Shown here: positions 29,964 to 47,755 of the stretch, in pieces
Numbering within the stretch: the stretch's first letter is position 1
Layout of the letters: each line of letters starts with the position of its first letter
Origin: the human T2T-CHM13v2.0 reference genome, Homo sapiens
NCBI RefSeq assembly: GCF_009914755.1
Contig: NC_060943.1
DNA length: 64,000 nt
Reading direction: 5' to 3' (one strand)
The notes under the pieces: generated by a model
Told to the model about the DNA's origin: nothing
Database searches by the model: none
What the model saw: only the letters and a program-made list of their open reading frames with translations
Made by a program: the position numbers and the translations under genes

Positions 29964-31365
29964 TAGAGTCATCATGGAAATTAAACAACCTGCTTCCAAA
30001 TGACTTTTGGGTAAAGACTGAATTTAAGGCAGAAATAAAAAAATTATTTGAAACTAATGAAAACAAACATACAACATCCCAGAATCTCTGGGACACAGCT
30101 AGAACAGTGCTCAAAGGAAGTTTCTAGTGCTATATGGCTACACTAAGAAGCTAGAAAGATCTCAAATGAACTGCCTAACATCACACCTAGAGGAATTAGA
30201 AAAACAAGAGCAAATCAACCCCAAAGCTAGCAGAAGAAAAAAAAAAACCAACATCGGAGCTGACCTGAATGAAATGGAGACGTAAAAAACCATACAAAAG
30301 ATCAATGAAACCCAAAGTTGATTTTTTAAAAAAATTATTTATTTATTATTTATTCCATAAATTATTGGGGTACAGGTGGTGTGTGGTTACATAAGCTCTT
30401 TAGTGGTGATTTGTGATTTTGGTGCACCCATCACCTGAGCAGTATACACTACACCCTACTTGTTGTATTTTATCCCTCGCCCCCGCCAACTCGTCCCCCT
30501 AAGTCCCCAAAGTCCATTGTATCATTCTTACGCCTTTGCGTCCTCATAGCTTAGCTCCCACATATCAGTGAGAACATACGATGTTTGGTTTTCCATTCCT
30601 GAGTTACTTCACTTAGAATAACAGTCTCCGGTCTCATCCAGGTCACGGCAAATGCTGTTAATTCATACAAAGTTGATATTTTTGAAAGCATAAATAACAT
30701 GGGAAGACCACTAGCTAGATTAATAAAGAAAAAAAGACAAGATCCAAATAAACACAATCAGAAATGACAAAGGTGACATTACCACTGACCCACAGATATA
30801 CAAGAAACCCTGAGACTATTCCACATGCCTCTATGCACACAAACTAGAAAACTAGAAGAAATAGAGAAATTCCTGGAAACATAAAACCTCTCAAGATTGA
30901 ACCAGGAAGAAATGGAAACCCTGAACAAACCAACGATGAGTTCCAAAATTGAGTTAGTCATACAAAACCTACCAACCAGCACAAAAAACCTTAGACTAGA
31001 CGGATTCACAGTCGAATCCTACCAGATGTGTAAAGAAAAGCCGGCACCAATCCTACTGAAATTATTCCACACAATTGAGGAGGAGCAACTGCTCTCTAAC
31101 TCATTCTATGAGGTCAGAGTCATTCTGATACCGAAACCTGGCAGAGACACAACGAAAAAAGGAAAATAGGTAAAGTAATACATATGTTAATGATCTTGAT
31201 TTAGCCATTCTACGGTATATACATATTTCAAAACAATATGTACATGATAAATATGTACAATTTGTCAATTAAAAATATATAAAAGGAATAGGAAAAAATT
31301 CAAATGGCACAGAATTTGAAAGGAGAAGATACAGAACAAACTCCGGTGTCTTCTTTATTCAACTA

Positions 31366-31686
<321 letters not shown>

Positions 31687-32757
31687 TTAATGAATGAATG
31701 ATGAGACTGTTGGTTACATCTCCCACCTTCTCCCTCTCACTCCACTGCAGCCACACGGGGCTCCTCACTGTTCCCGTAGCAGCAGGCATGTGCCCCCACT
31801 GGGCCTCTGTACTGGCTGTTCCCACTGCCCGAACACCCTCATGCACCATCTGCACTGTCCAATACGGCCGCCTCTGGCCACACATGGCTACTGAGCAGTT
31901 GAACATGGCTGGTCCAAACCAACATTTCCAAGACGTCGTATGGTAAAAAATAACATAAAATCTTGCAAAAATGTTTCTATTGATTATGTTAAAATTATGA
32001 TGTTTTAGGTATATTAGGTTAAATCAGCTATTTTATCCAAATGAATCTCGCCTGTTTGTTTTTGCTTTTTTTTTTTTTTTTTTTTTTTTGAGATGGAGGC
32101 TCGCTCTGTCGCCCAGGCTAGAGTACAATGGCGTGGTCTCGGCTCACTGCATCACTGCAACCTCTACCTCCCAGGTTCAAGCGATTCTCCTACCTCACCC
32201 TCCCAAGTGGCTGGGATTACAGGCGTGTGCCACCACACCCAGCTAATTTTTGTATTTTTAGTAGAGACAGGGTTTCACCATGTTGGCCAGGCTGGTCTCG
32301 AACTGCTGACCTCGTGATCTACCTGCCTCGGCCTCCCAAAGTCCTGGGATTACAGGTGTGGGCCACTGCGCCGGCCATGTTTCTCGACTTCTGCTGGCAA
32401 GCATGTTCCAGTATTTGCATGGCTCCTAGCCCTCATCTCCATTTCTCTGCACAGATGTTACCTTCCCCATGAGGTCTGCCTTATACATGAGGCCTGTATT
32501 ATAAACTGCAACTCCGCATTCCCCAACCCCGTTGTTTCTTCTCTCCAGAACACTAGGCACCATCTGATCTCCTATGCCTTTTCCTTATTGTCAGATACTG
32601 AACTCTCAGATACAGTTCCCCTTCCTCCCTCCAGGGGGCGCCATGGAACGCAGGGCCCTCACTGGCCCTGGGGACTGGGTGACGACAGGGGGGAGCCTCT
32701 GGTGATTGGCTCCCTCACCCTGCGTAAGATCAAAGGGACTAAAGGACAGCCCCGACA

Positions 32758-32880
32758 CCCGGAGCCATTGTGGCTCAGGCCGGTTGCGCCTGCCCTCGGG
32801 CCCTCACGGAGGCGGGGGTTCCAGGGCACGAGTTCGAGGCCAGCCTGGTCCACATGGGTCGGAAAAAAGGACTTTTTTTT
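32758..32880 (+). ncRNA. SNAR-A: snaR-A gene (unit 7)
   Basis: Identical to the unit 4 copy. Confidence 0.93.
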
Positions 32881-32959
32881 ATCGTTCCCAATATAACGAC
32901 AAAACATAAAGGGAGGACGCCTTGATAGGAAGAAATGACATCTTCCTAAGTGTTTTTAA

Positions 32960-33151
<192 letters not shown>

Positions 33152-33851
33152 TGACCAGGCTGGTCTTGAACACCTGGCCTCAAATGATCCACTCGCCTTG
33201 GTCTCCCAAAGTGGTAGGATGACAGGCGTGAGCCACCGCGCCCAGACTCTTCTATTCTTTTAGAGACAGGGTCTCACTGTGTTGCCCAGGCTGGAGTGCA
33301 TTGATGTGATGTGTGATCATAGCTCATTGCAGCCCTGACCATCCGAGCTCAAGCAATCCTTCTGCCTCAGCCTCCTGAGTAGCTGGGGCCGCAGATGTGC
33401 ACCACTGCACCTGGCTAATTTTTAACATTTTTGTGGAGCCAGAGTCTGTATAAAATAAAGTGTAAATAGTACCATAAATAAAGAATACATAGTACCATTT
33501 TATAGTAGTATAAAACGGACATTAGAAACTCTGAACTTAAAGGTTAAAAAAATACACAAAAGTAGTTCTCAAGTTCTAGAGACTTGGAGAATCCAGGAAT
33601 CAACAATGTCGTGGAACTCCTACAGCCTTTCATAAAGAATGGCCCTCGAGGAAAGTGGAATTGTCAGTGGGCATTGTGTTCGTGCCTCAGCTAAACACGG
33701 CAGGAATTTATTTATAACCTAGTGTAACATCCTCGAGGCACTGTTCAATTAGTCAAGCAATTGTAAAATTCTCCCAGTCTTAGAAAAGATACAGGTGTGT
33801 GTCCCTCTGCTGTGGCTGTGCACTGAGGCTTCGGTAAAGGTTGCCGTCTAA

Positions 33852-34004
<153 letters not shown>

Positions 34005-35095
34005 TGAACAGCTGGGATTACAGGCACCCGTCCCCATGCCCGGGTAATTTTTGTATATTTAGTAGAGATGGGGTTTTCAGCATGTTGGCCAGGCTGGTCT
34101 CGAACTCCTTACCTCAAGTGATCCATCCGCCTCAGCCTCCCAAAGTGCTGGGATTACAGGCGTGAGCCACTGCGCCCGGCTTCTTGAATTAGTTTCTAGG
34201 AGAAGCCAAGAACCCCCCCGGGCTAAGCCTCAATTTTGGGGCTCGCCTGTGCTGCATCAGCTTCACACCTAGAGAAGAGAGTGAAAGAGAAGGGAGAGCC
34301 GTCCTTTTGGGCTGCCTTGAAATAAAGGTTGACCCATGGGTTCATGTATTGTCATTCATTCTCATTTTCTCTTCCTCTCTTTCTCTCTCTCCCCTGCCCC
34401 TTAAGTTAGCTTTTCTACACCCTACCTGGATAAGGATAAGAAATAGAAGGAGGGGACACTTTAGGATGCTACAAAATAAAATACAACAACAACAACAATA
34501 ACAGCAGCAGCAACAACAACAACAGCAACAAAAGGGGAAGAAACAAATCTGGCCACTGCACATTCCTCCTTGGCAACAAAAAGCCGCGGATGCAAAAAGC
34601 TGCCCTTCACTGCATAGACAGAAGAGGGCGCGCTCGAGCTATGAATCTCGGAAATTACTCAAACCATCAGCCTCTGCAAGAAGCAAAGTGGACGGCCGGG
34701 CGCGGTGGCTCACTCCTGGAATCCCAGCACTTTGGGAGCCCGAGGTGGGCGGATCACGAGGTCAGGAGATCGAGACTGTTCTGGCTAAACCAGTGAAACC
34801 CCCTCTCTACTAAAAAAATAAGAAAAGCGAAGTGCATCTCCCATAAACGAGGTACTGCAGGAAGAAAGCAGAAAATGAGACCCGAGTACACACATGCACG
34901 CGGGCGCGCGCACACACACACCAGAAGAAATGAACCAAGAGGAAAGGAAACATTTTCAAATAAGCATTTGGAGATGGGAAAAACACCTTGAAACAGAAAT
35001 TCATAAAGCACAGAATTTTTTTTTAAGTTAAAAAAGGAACAATAATAGACAGAAAATGAACGAAAAATTAAATGTCATATCAGAAGTGAAGATAA

Positions 35096-35317
<222 letters not shown>

Positions 35318-36719
35318 TAGAGTCATCATGGAAATTAAACAACCTGCTTCCAAATGACTTTTGGGTAAAGACTGAATTTAAGGCAGAAATAAAAAAATTA
35401 TTTGAAACTAATGAAAACAAACATACAACATCCCAGAATCTCTGGGACACAGCTAGAACAGTGCTCAAAGGAAGTTTCTAGTGCTATATGGCTACACTAA
35501 GAAGCTAGAAAGATCTCAAATGAACCGCCTAACATCACACCTAGAGGAATTAGAAAAACAAGAGCAAATCAACCCCAAAGCTAGCAGAAGAAAAAAAAAA
35601 ACCAACATCGGAGCTGACCTGAATGAAATGGAGACGTAAAAAACCATACAAAAGATCAATGAAACCCAAAGTTGATTTTTTAAAAAAATTATTTATTTAT
35701 TATTTATTCCATAAATTATTGGGGTACAGGTGGTGTGTGGTTACATAAGCTCTTTAGTGGTGATTTGTGATTTTGGTGCACCCATCACCTGAGCAGTATA
35801 CACTACACCCTACTTGTTGTATTTTATCCCTCGCCCCCGCCAACTCGTCCCCCTAAGTCCCCAAAGTCCATTGTATCATTCTTACGCCTTTGCGTCCTCA
35901 TAGCTTAGCTCCCACATATCAGTGAGAACATACGATGTTTGGTTTTCCATTCCTGAGTTACTTCACTTAGAATAACAGTCTCCGGTCTCATCCAGGTCAC
36001 GGCAAATGCTGTTAATTCATACAAAGTTGATATTTTTGAAAGCATAAATAACATGGGAAGACCACTAGCTAGATTAATAAAGAAAAAAAGACAAGATCCA
36101 AATAAACACAATCAGAAATGACAAAGGTGACATTACCACTGACCCACAGATATACAAGAAACCCTGAGACTATTCCACATGCCTCTATGCACACAAACTA
36201 GAAAACTAGAAGAAATAGAGAAATTCCTGGAAACATAAAACCTCTCAAGATTGAACCAGGAAGAAATGGAAACCCTGAACAAACCAACGATGAGTTCCAA
36301 AATTGAGTTAGTCATACAAAACCTACCAACCAGCACAAAAAACCTTAGACTAGACGGATTCACAGTCGAATCCTACCAGATGTGTAAAGAAAAGCCGGCA
36401 CCAATCCTACTGAAATTATTCCACACAATTGAGGAGGAGCAACAGCTCTCTAACTCATTCTATGAGGTCAGAGTCATTCTGATACCGAAACCTGGCAGAG
36501 ACACAACGAAAAAAGGAAAATAGGTAAAGTAATACATATGTTAATGATCTTGATTTAGCCATTCTACGGTATATACATATTTCAAAACAATATGTACATG
36601 ATAAATATGTACAATTTGTCAATTAAAAATATATAAAAGGAATAGGAAAAAATTCAAATGGCACAGAATTTGAAAGGAGAAGATACAGAACAAACTCCGG
36701 TGTCTTCTTTATTCAACTA

Positions 36720-37040
<321 letters not shown>

Positions 37041-38110
37041 TTAATGAATGAATGATGAGACTGTTGGTTACATCTCCCACCTTCTCCCTCTCACTCCACT
37101 GCAGCCACACGGGGCTCCTCACTGTTCCCGTAGCAGCAGGCATGTGCCCCCACTGGGCCTCTGTACTGGCTGTTCCCACTGCCCGAACACCCTCATGCAC
37201 CATCTGCACTGTCCAATACGGCCGCCTCTGGCCACACATGGCTACTGAGCAGTTGAACATGGCTGGTCCAAACCAACATTTCCAAGACGTCGTATGGTAA
37301 AAAATAACATAAAATCTTGCAAAAATGTTTCTATTGATTATGTTAAAATTATGATGTTTTAGGTATATTAGGTTAAATCAGCTATTTTATCCAAATGAAT
37401 CTCGCCTGTTTGTTTTTGCTTTTTTTTTTTTTTTTTTTTTTTGAGATGGAGGCTCGCTCTGTCGCCCAGGCTAGAGTACAATGGCGTGGTCTCGGCTCAC
37501 TGCATCACTGCAACCTCTACCTCCCAGGTTCAAGCGATTCTCCTACCTCACCCTCCCAAGTGGCTGGGATTACAGGCGTGTGCCACCACACCCAGCTAAT
37601 TTTTGTATTTTTAGTAGAGACAGGGTTTCACCATGTTGGCCAGGCTGGTCTCGAACTGCTGACCTCGTGATCTACCTGCCTCGGCCTCCCAAAGTCCTGG
37701 GATTACAGGTGTGGGCCACTGCGCCGGCCATGTTTCTCGACTTCTGCTGGCAAGCATGTTCCAGTATTTGCATGGCTCCTAGCCCTCATCTCCATTTCTC
37801 TGCACAGATGTTACCTTCCCCATGAGGTCTGCCTTATACATGAGGCCTGTATTATAAACTGCAACTCCGCATTCCCCAACCCCGTTGTTTCTTCTCTCCA
37901 GAACACTAGGCACCATCTGATCTCCTATGCCTTTTCCTTATTGTCAGATACTGAACTCTCAGATACAGTTCCCCTTCCTCCCTCCAGGGGGCGCCATGGA
38001 ACGCAGGGCCCTCACTGGCCCTGGGGACTGGGTGACGACAGGGGGGAGCCTCTGGTGATTGGCTCCCTCACCCTGCGTAAGATCAAAGGGACTAAAGGAC
38101 AGCCCCGACA

Positions 38111-38233
38111 CCCGGAGCCATTGTGGCTCAGGCCGGTTGCGCCTGCCCTCGGGCCCTCACGGAGGCGGGGGTTCCAGGGCACGAGTTCGAGGCCAGCCTG
38201 GTCCACATGGGTCGGAAAAAAGGACTTTTTTTT
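38111..38233 (+). ncRNA. SNAR-A: snaR-A gene (unit 8)
   Basis: Identical to the unit 4 copy. Confidence 0.93.
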
Positions 38234-39204
38234 ATCGTTCCCAATATAACGACAAAACATAAAGGGAGGACGCCTTGATAGGAAGAAATGACATCTTCCT
38301 AAGTGTTTTTAAATTACTTCCATGTGTCTTTTTTTTTTTTTTTTTTGGGAGACCGAGCCTTGCTCTGTTGCCCAGGCTGGAGTGCAGTGGTGTGATCTTC
38401 GCTCACTGCAACTTCCGCCTCGTCGGTTCAAGGGAGTCTCCTATCTAAGCCTCCTGAGTAGCTGGGATTACAGTCGCCTGCCAAGAGATGGGGTTTCGCC
38501 ATGTTGACCAGGCTGGTCTTGAACACCTGGCCTCAAATGATCCACTCGCCTTGGTCTCCCAAAGTGGTAGGATGACAGGCGTGAGCCACCGCGCCCAGAC
38601 TCTTCTATTCTTTTAGAGACAGGGTCTCACTGTGTTGCCCAGGCTGGAGTGCATTGATGTGATGTGTGATCATAGCTCATTGCAGCCCTGACCATCCGAG
38701 CTCAAGCAATCCTTCTGCCTCAGCCTCCTGAGTAGCTGGGGCCGCAGATGTGCACCACTGCACCTGGCTAATTTTTAACATTTTTGTGGAGCCAGAGTCT
38801 GTATAAAATAAAGTGTAAATAGTACCATAAATAAAGAATACATAGTACCATTTTATAGTAGTATAAAACGGACATTAGAAACTCTGAACTTAAAGGTTAA
38901 AAAAATACACAAAAGTAGTTCTCAAGTTCTAGAGACTTGGAGAATCCAGGAATCAACAATGTCGTGGAACTCCTACAGCCTTTCATAAAGAATGGCCCTC
39001 GAGGAAAGTGGAATTGTCAGTGGGCATTGTGTTCGTGCCTCAGCTAAACACGGCAGGAATTTATTTATAACCTAGTGTAACATCCTCGAGGCACTGTTCA
39101 ATTAGTCAAGCAATTGTAAAATTCTCCCAGTCTTAGAAAAGATACAGGTGTGTGTCCCTCTGCTGTGGCTGTGCACTGAGGCTTCGGTAAAGGTTGCCGT
39201 CTAA

Positions 39205-39357
<153 letters not shown>

Positions 39358-40452
39358 TGAACAGCTGGGATTACAGGCACCCGTCCCCATGCCCGGGTAA
39401 TTTTTGTATATTTAGTAGAGATGGGGTTTTCAGCATGTTGGCCAGGCTGGTCTCGAACTCCTTACCTCAAGTGATCCATCCGCCTCAGCCTCCCAAAGTG
39501 CTGGGATTACAGGCGTGAGCCAGTGCGCCCGGCTTCTTGAATTAGTTTCTAGGAGAAGCCAAGAACCCCCCCGGGCTAAGCCTCAATTTTGGGGCTCGCC
39601 TGTGCTGCATCAGCTTCACACCTAGAGAAGAGAGTGAAAGAGAAGGGAGAGCCGTCCTTTTGGGCTGCCTTGAAATAAAGGTTGACCCATGGGTTCATGT
39701 ATTGTCATTCATTCTCATTTTCTCTTCCTCTCTTTCTCTCTCTCCCCTGCCCCTTAAGTTAGCTTTTCTACACCCTACCTGGATAAGGATAAGAAATAGA
39801 AGGAGGGGACACTTTAGGATGCTACAAAATAAAATACAACAACAACAACAATAACAGCAGCAGCAACAACAACAACAGCAACAAAAGGGGAAGAAACAAA
39901 TCTGGCCACTGCACATTCCTCCTTGGCAACAAAAAGCCGCGGATGCAAAAAGCTGCCCTTCACTGCATAGACAGAAGAGGGCGCGCTCGAGCTATGAATC
40001 TCGGAAATTACTCAAACCATCAGCCTCTGCAAGAAGCAAAGTGGACGGCCGGTCGGGCGCGGTGGCTCACTCCTGGAATCCCAGCACTTTGGGAGCCCGA
40101 GGTGGGCGGATCACGAGGTCAGGAGATCGAGACTGTTCTGGCTAAACCAGTGAAACCCCCTCTCTACTAAAAAAATAAGAAAAGCGAAGTGCATCTCCCA
40201 TAAACGAGGTACTGCAGGAAGAAAGCAGAAAATGAGACCCGAGTACACACATGCACGCGGGCGCGCGCACACACACACCAGAAGAAATGAACCAAGAGGA
40301 AAGGAAACATTTTCAAATAAGCATTTGGAGATGGGAAAAACACCTTGAAACAGAAATTCATAAAGCACAGAATTTTTTTTTAAGTTAAAAAAGGAACAAT
40401 AATAGACAGAAAATGAACGAAAAATTAAATGTCATATCAGAAGTGAAGATAA

Positions 40453-40674
<222 letters not shown>

Positions 40675-42077
40675 TAGAGTCATCATGGAAATTAAACAAC
40701 CTGCTTCCAAATGACTTTTGGGTAAAGACTGAATTTAAGGCAGAAATAAAAAAATTATTTGAAACTAATGAAAACAAACATACAACATCCCAGAATCTCT
40801 GGGACACAGCTAGAACAGTGCTCAAAGGAAGTTTCTAGTGCTATATGGCTACACTAAGAAGCTAGAAAGATCTCAAATGAACCGCCTAACATCACACCTA
40901 GAGGAATTAGAAAAACAAGAGCAAATCAACCCCAAAGCTAGCAGAAGAAAAAAAAAAAACCAACATCGGAGCTGACCTGAATGAAATGGAGACGTAAAAA
41001 ACCATACAAAAGATCAATGAAACCCAAAGTTGATTTTTTAAAAAAATTATTTATTTATTATTTATTCCATAAATTATTGGGGTACAGGTGGTGTGTGGTT
41101 ACATAAGCTCTTTAGTGGTGATTTGTGATTTTGGTGCACCCATCACCTGAGCAGTATACACTACACCCTACTTGTTGTATTTTATCCCTCGCCCCCGCCA
41201 ACTCGTCCCCCTAAGTCCCCAAAGTCCATTGTATCATTCTTACGCCTTTGCGTCCTCATAGCTTAGCTCCCACATATCAGTGAGAACATACGATGTTTGG
41301 TTTTCCATTCCTGAGTTACTTCACTTAGAATAACAGTCTCCGGTCTCATCCAGGTCACGGCAAATGCTGTTAATTCATACAAAGTTGATATTTTTGAAAG
41401 CATAAATAACATGGGAAGACCACTAGCTAGATTAATAAAGAAAAAAAGACAAGATCCAAATAAACACAATCAGAAATGACAAAGGTGACATTACCACTGA
41501 CCCACAGATATACAAGAAACCCTGAGACTATTCCACATGCCTCTATGCACACAAACTAGAAAACTAGAAGAAATAGAGAAATTCCTGGAAACATAAAACC
41601 TCTCAAGATTGAACCAGGAAGAAATGGAAACCCTGAACAAACCAACGATGAGTTCCAAAATTGAGTTAGTCATACAAAACCTACCAACCAGCACAAAAAA
41701 CCTTAGACTAGACGGATTCACAGTCGAATCCTACCAGATGTGTAAAGAAAAGGCGGCACCAATCCTACTGAAATTATTCCACACAATTGAGGAGGAGCAA
41801 CTGCTCTCTAACTCATTCTATGAGGTCAGAGTCATTCTGATACCGAAACCTGGCAGAGACACAACGAAAAAAGGAAAATAGGTAAAGTAATACATATGTT
41901 AATGATCTTGATTTAGCCATTCTACGGTATATACATATTTCAAAACAATATGTACATGATAAATATGTACAATTTGTCAATTAAAAATATATAAAAGGAA
42001 TAGGAAAAAATTCAAATGGCACAGAATTTGAAAGGAGAAGATACAGAACAAACTCCAGTGTCTTCTTTATTCAACTA

Positions 42078-42398
<321 letters not shown>

Positions 42399-43468
42399 TT
42401 AATGAATGAATGATGAGACTGTTGGTTACATCTCCCACCTTCTCCCTCTCACTCCACTGCAGCCACACGGGGCTCCTCACTGTTCCCGTAGCAGCAGGCA
42501 TGTGCCCCCACAGGGCCTCTGTACTGGCTGTTCCCACTGCCCGAACACCCTCATGCACCACCTGCACTGTCCAATACGGCCGCCTCTGGCCACACATGGC
42601 TACTGAGCAGTTGAACATGGCTGGTCCAAACCAACATTTCCAAGACGTCGTATGGTAAAAAATAACATAAAATCTTGCAAAAATGTTTCTATTGATTATG
42701 TTAAAATTATGATGTTTTCGGTGTATTAGGTTAAATCAGCTATTTTATCCAAATGAATCTCACCTGTTTGTTTTTGCTTTTTTTTTTTTTTTTTTTTTTT
42801 GAGATGGAGGCTCGCTCTGTCGCCCAGGCTAGAGTACAATGGCGTGGTCTCGGCTCACTGCATCACTGCAACCTCTACCTCCCAGGTTCAAGCGATTCTC
42901 CTACCTCACCCTCCCAAGTGGCTGGGATTACAGGCGTGTGCCACCACACCCAGCTAATTTTTGTATTTTTAGTAGAGACAGGGTTTCACCATGTTGGCCA
43001 GGCTGGTCTCGAACTGCTGACCTCGTGATCTACCTGCCTCGGCCTCCCAAAGTCCTGGGATTACAGGTGTGGGCCACTGCGCCGGCCATGTTTCTCGACT
43101 TCTGCTGGCAAGCATGTTCCAGTATTTGCATGGCTCCTAGCCCTCATCTCCATTTCTCTGCACAGATGTTACCTTCCCCATGAGGTCTGCCTTATACATG
43201 AGGCCTGTATTATAAACTGCAACTCCGCATTCCCCAACCCCGTTGTTTCTTCTCTCCAGAACACTAGGCACCATCTGATCTCCTATGCCTTTTCCTTATT
43301 GTCAGATACTGAACTCTCAGATACAGTTCCCCTTCCTCCCTCCAGGGGGCGCCATGGAACGCAGGGCCCTCACTGGCCCTGGGGACTGGGTGACGACAGG
43401 GGGGAGCCTCTGGTGATTGGCTCCTTCACCCTGCGTAAGATCAAAGGGACTAAAGGACAGCCCCGACA

Positions 43469-43592
43469 CCCGGAGCCATTGTGGCTCAGGCCGGTTGCGC
43501 CTGCCCTCGGGCCCTCACGGAGGCGGGGGTTCCAGGGCACGAGTTCGAGGCCAGCCTGGTCCACATGGGTCGGAAAAAAGGACTTTTTTTTT
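43469..43592 (+). ncRNA. SNAR-A: snaR-A gene (unit 9; T9 terminator)
   Basis: Same body as unit 4; terminator is T9 (43584-43592). Confidence 0.93.
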
Positions 43593-44583
43593 ATCGTTCC
43601 CAATATAACGACAAAACATAAAGGGAGGACGCCTTGATAGGAAGAAATGACATCTTCCTAAGTGTTTTTAAATTACTTCCATGTGTCTTTTTTTTTTTTT
43701 TTTTTGGGAGACCGAGCCTTGCTCTGTTGCCCAGGCTGGAGTGCAGTGGTGTGATCTTCGCTCACTGCCACCTCCGCCTCGTCGGTTCAAGGGAGTCTCC
43801 TATCTAAGCCTCCTGAGTAGCTGGGATTACAGTCGCCTGCCAAGAGATGGGGTTTCGCCATGTTGACCAGGCTGGTCTTGAACACCTGGCCTCAAATGAT
43901 CCACTCGCCTTGGTCTCCCAAAGTAGTAGGATGACAGGCGTGAGCCACCGCGCCCAGCCTCTTCTATTCTTTTAGAGACAGGGTCTCACTGTGTTGCCCA
44001 GGCTGGAGTGCATTGATGTGATGTGTGATCATAGCTCATTGCAGCCCTGACCATCCGAGCTCAAGCAATCCTTCTGCCTCAGCCTCCTGAGTAGCTGGGG
44101 CCGCAGATGTGCACCACTGCACCTGGCTAATTTTTAACATTTTTGTGGAGCCAGAGTCTGTATAAAATAAAGTGTAAATAGTACCATAAATAAAGAATAC
44201 ATAGAACCATTTTATAGTAGTATAAAACGGACATTAGAAACTCTGAACTTAAAGGTTAAAAAAATACACAAAAGTAGTTCTCAAGTTCTAGAGACTTGGA
44301 GAATCCAGGAATCAACAATGTCGTGGAACTCCTACAGCCTTTCATAAAGAATGGCCCTCGAGGAAAGTGGAATTGTCAGTGGGCATTGTGTTCGTGCCTC
44401 AGCTAAACACGGCAGGAATTTATTTATAACCTAGTGTAACATCCTCGAGGCACTGTTCAATTAGTCAAGCAATTGTAAAATTCTCCCAGTCTTAGAAAAG
44501 ATACAGGTGTGTGTCCCTCTGCTGTGGCTGTGCACTGAGGCTTCGGTAAAGGTTGCCGTCTAAAACCACCGGCGTGCCCTTGA

Positions 44584-44715
<132 letters not shown>

Positions 44716-45801
44716 TGAACAGCTGGGATTACAGGCACCCGTCCCCATGCCCGTGTAATTTTTGTATATTTAGTAGAGATGGGGTTTTCAGCATGTTGGC
44801 CAGGCTGGTCTCGAACTCCTTACCTCAAGTGATCCATCCGCCTCAGCCTCCCAAAGTGCTGGGATTATAGGCGTGAGCCACTGCGCCCGGCTTCTTGAAT
44901 TAGTTTCTAGGAGAAGCCAAGAACCCCCCCGGGCTAAGCCTCAATTTTGGGGCTCGCCTGTGCTGCATCAGCTTCACACCTAGAGAAGAGAGTGAAAGAG
45001 AAGGGAGAGCCGTCCTTTTGGGCTGCCTTGAAATAAAGGTTGACCCATGGGTTCATGTATTGTCATTCATTCTCATTTTCTCTTCCTCTCTTTCTCTCTC
45101 TCCCCTGCCCCTTAAGTTAGCTTTTCTACACCCTACCTGGATAAGGATAAGAAATAGAAGGAGGGGACACTTTAGGATGCTACAAAATAAAATACAACAA
45201 CAACAATAACAGCAGCAGCAACAACAACAACAGCAACAAAAGGGGAAGAAACAAATCTGGCCACTGCACATTCCTCCTTGCCAACAAAAAGCCGTGGATG
45301 CAAAAAGCTGCCCTTCACTGCATAGACAGAACAGGGCGCGCTCGAGCTATGAATCTCGGAAATTACTCAAACCATCAGCCTCTGCAAGAAGCAAAGTGGA
45401 CGGCCGGGCGCGGTGGCTCACTCCTGGAATCCCAGCACTTTGGGAGCCCGAGGTGGGCGGATCACGAGGTCAGGAGATCGAGACTGTTCTGGCTAAACCA
45501 GTGAAACCCCCTCTCTACTAAAAAAATAACAAAAGCGAAGTGCATCTCCCATAAACGAGGTACTGCAGGAAGAAAGCAGAAAATGAGACCCGAGTACACA
45601 CATGCACGCGGGCGCGCGCACACACACACCAGAAGAAATGAACCAAGAGGAAAGGAAACATTTTCAAATAAGGATTTGGAGATGGGAAAAACACCTTGAA
45701 ACAGAAATTCATAAAGCACAGAAATTTTTTTTTAAGTTAAAAAGGAACAATAATAGACAAAATGAATGAAAAATTAAATGTCATATCAGAAGTGAAGATA
45801 A

Positions 45802-46020
<219 letters not shown>

Positions 46021-47563
46021 TAGAGTCATCATGGAAATTAAACAACCTGCTTCCAAATGACTTTTGGGTAAAGACTGAAATTAAGGCAGAAATAAAAAAA
46101 TTATTTGAAACTAATGAAAACAAACATACAACATCCCAGAATCTCTGGGACACAGCTAGAACAGTGCTCAAAGGAAGTTTATAGTGCTAAGTGGCTACAT
46201 TAATAAGCTAGAAAGATCTCAAATGAACAGCCTAACATCACACCTAGAGGAATTAGAAAAACAAGAGCAAATCAACCCCAAAGCTAGCAGAAGAAAAAAA
46301 AAAAACCAACATCGGAGCTGAGCTGAATGAAATTGTGATGTAAAAAACCATACAAAAGATCAATGAAACCCAAAGTTGATTTTTTAAAAAAATTATTTAT
46401 TTATTATTTATTCCATAAATTATTGGGGTACAGGTGGTATGTGGTTACATAAGCTCTTTAGTGGTGATTTGTGATTTTGGTGCACCCATCACCTGAGCAG
46501 TATACACTACCCCCTATTTGTTGTCTTTTATCCCTCGCCCTCGCCAACTCGTCCCCCTAAGTCCCCAAAGTCCATTGTATCATTCTTATGCCTTTGTGTC
46601 CTCATAGCTTAGGTCCCACATATCAGTGAGAACATACGATGTTTGGTTTTCCATTCCTGAGTTACTTCACTTAGAATAATACTCTCCGGTCTCATCCAGG
46701 TCACTGCAAATGCTGTTAATTCATACAAAGTTGATATTTTTGGAAGCATAAATAACATGGAAAGACCACTAGCTAGATTAATAAAGAAAAAAAGACAAGA
46801 TCCAAATAAACACAATCAGAAATGACAGAGGTGACATTACCACTGACCCACAGACATACAAGAAACCCTGAGACTATTCCACATGCCTCTATGCACAAAA
46901 ACTAGAAAACTAGAAGAAATAGAGAAATTCCTGGAAACATAAAACCTCTCAAGATTGAACCAGGAAGAAATGGAAACCCTGAACAAACCAACGATGAGTT
47001 CCAAAATTGAGTTAGTCATACAAGACCTACCAACCAGCGCAAAAAACCTTAGACTAGACGGATTCACAGTCGAATTCTACCAGATGTGTAAAGAAAAGCC
47101 GGCACCAATCCTACTGAAATTATTCCACACAATTGAGGAGGAGCAACTGCTCTCTAACTCATTCTATGAGGTCAGAGTCATTCTGATACCGAAACCTGGC
47201 AGAGACACAACGAAAAAAGGAAAATAGGTAAAGTAATACATATGTTAATGATCTTGATTTAGCCATTCTACGGTATATACATATTTCAAAACAATATGTA
47301 CATGATAAATATGTACAATTTGTCAATTAAAAATATATAAAAGGAAGAGGAAAAAATTCAAATGGCGTAGAATTTGAAAGGAGAAGATACAGAACAAACT
47401 CCAGTGTCTTCTTTATTCAACTATATATACACACGTTCAATGGACCGGGAGCAGTGGCTCAAGCCTGTAATCACAGCACTTTGGGAGGTCAAGGCGGGCA
47501 GATCACCTGAGGTCGGGAGTTCGAGACCAGCCTGACCAACAGAGAGAAACCCCAGCTCTACTA

Positions 47564-47716
<153 letters not shown>

Positions 47717-47724
47717 TCAGTCTC

Positions 47725-47755
<31 letters not shown>
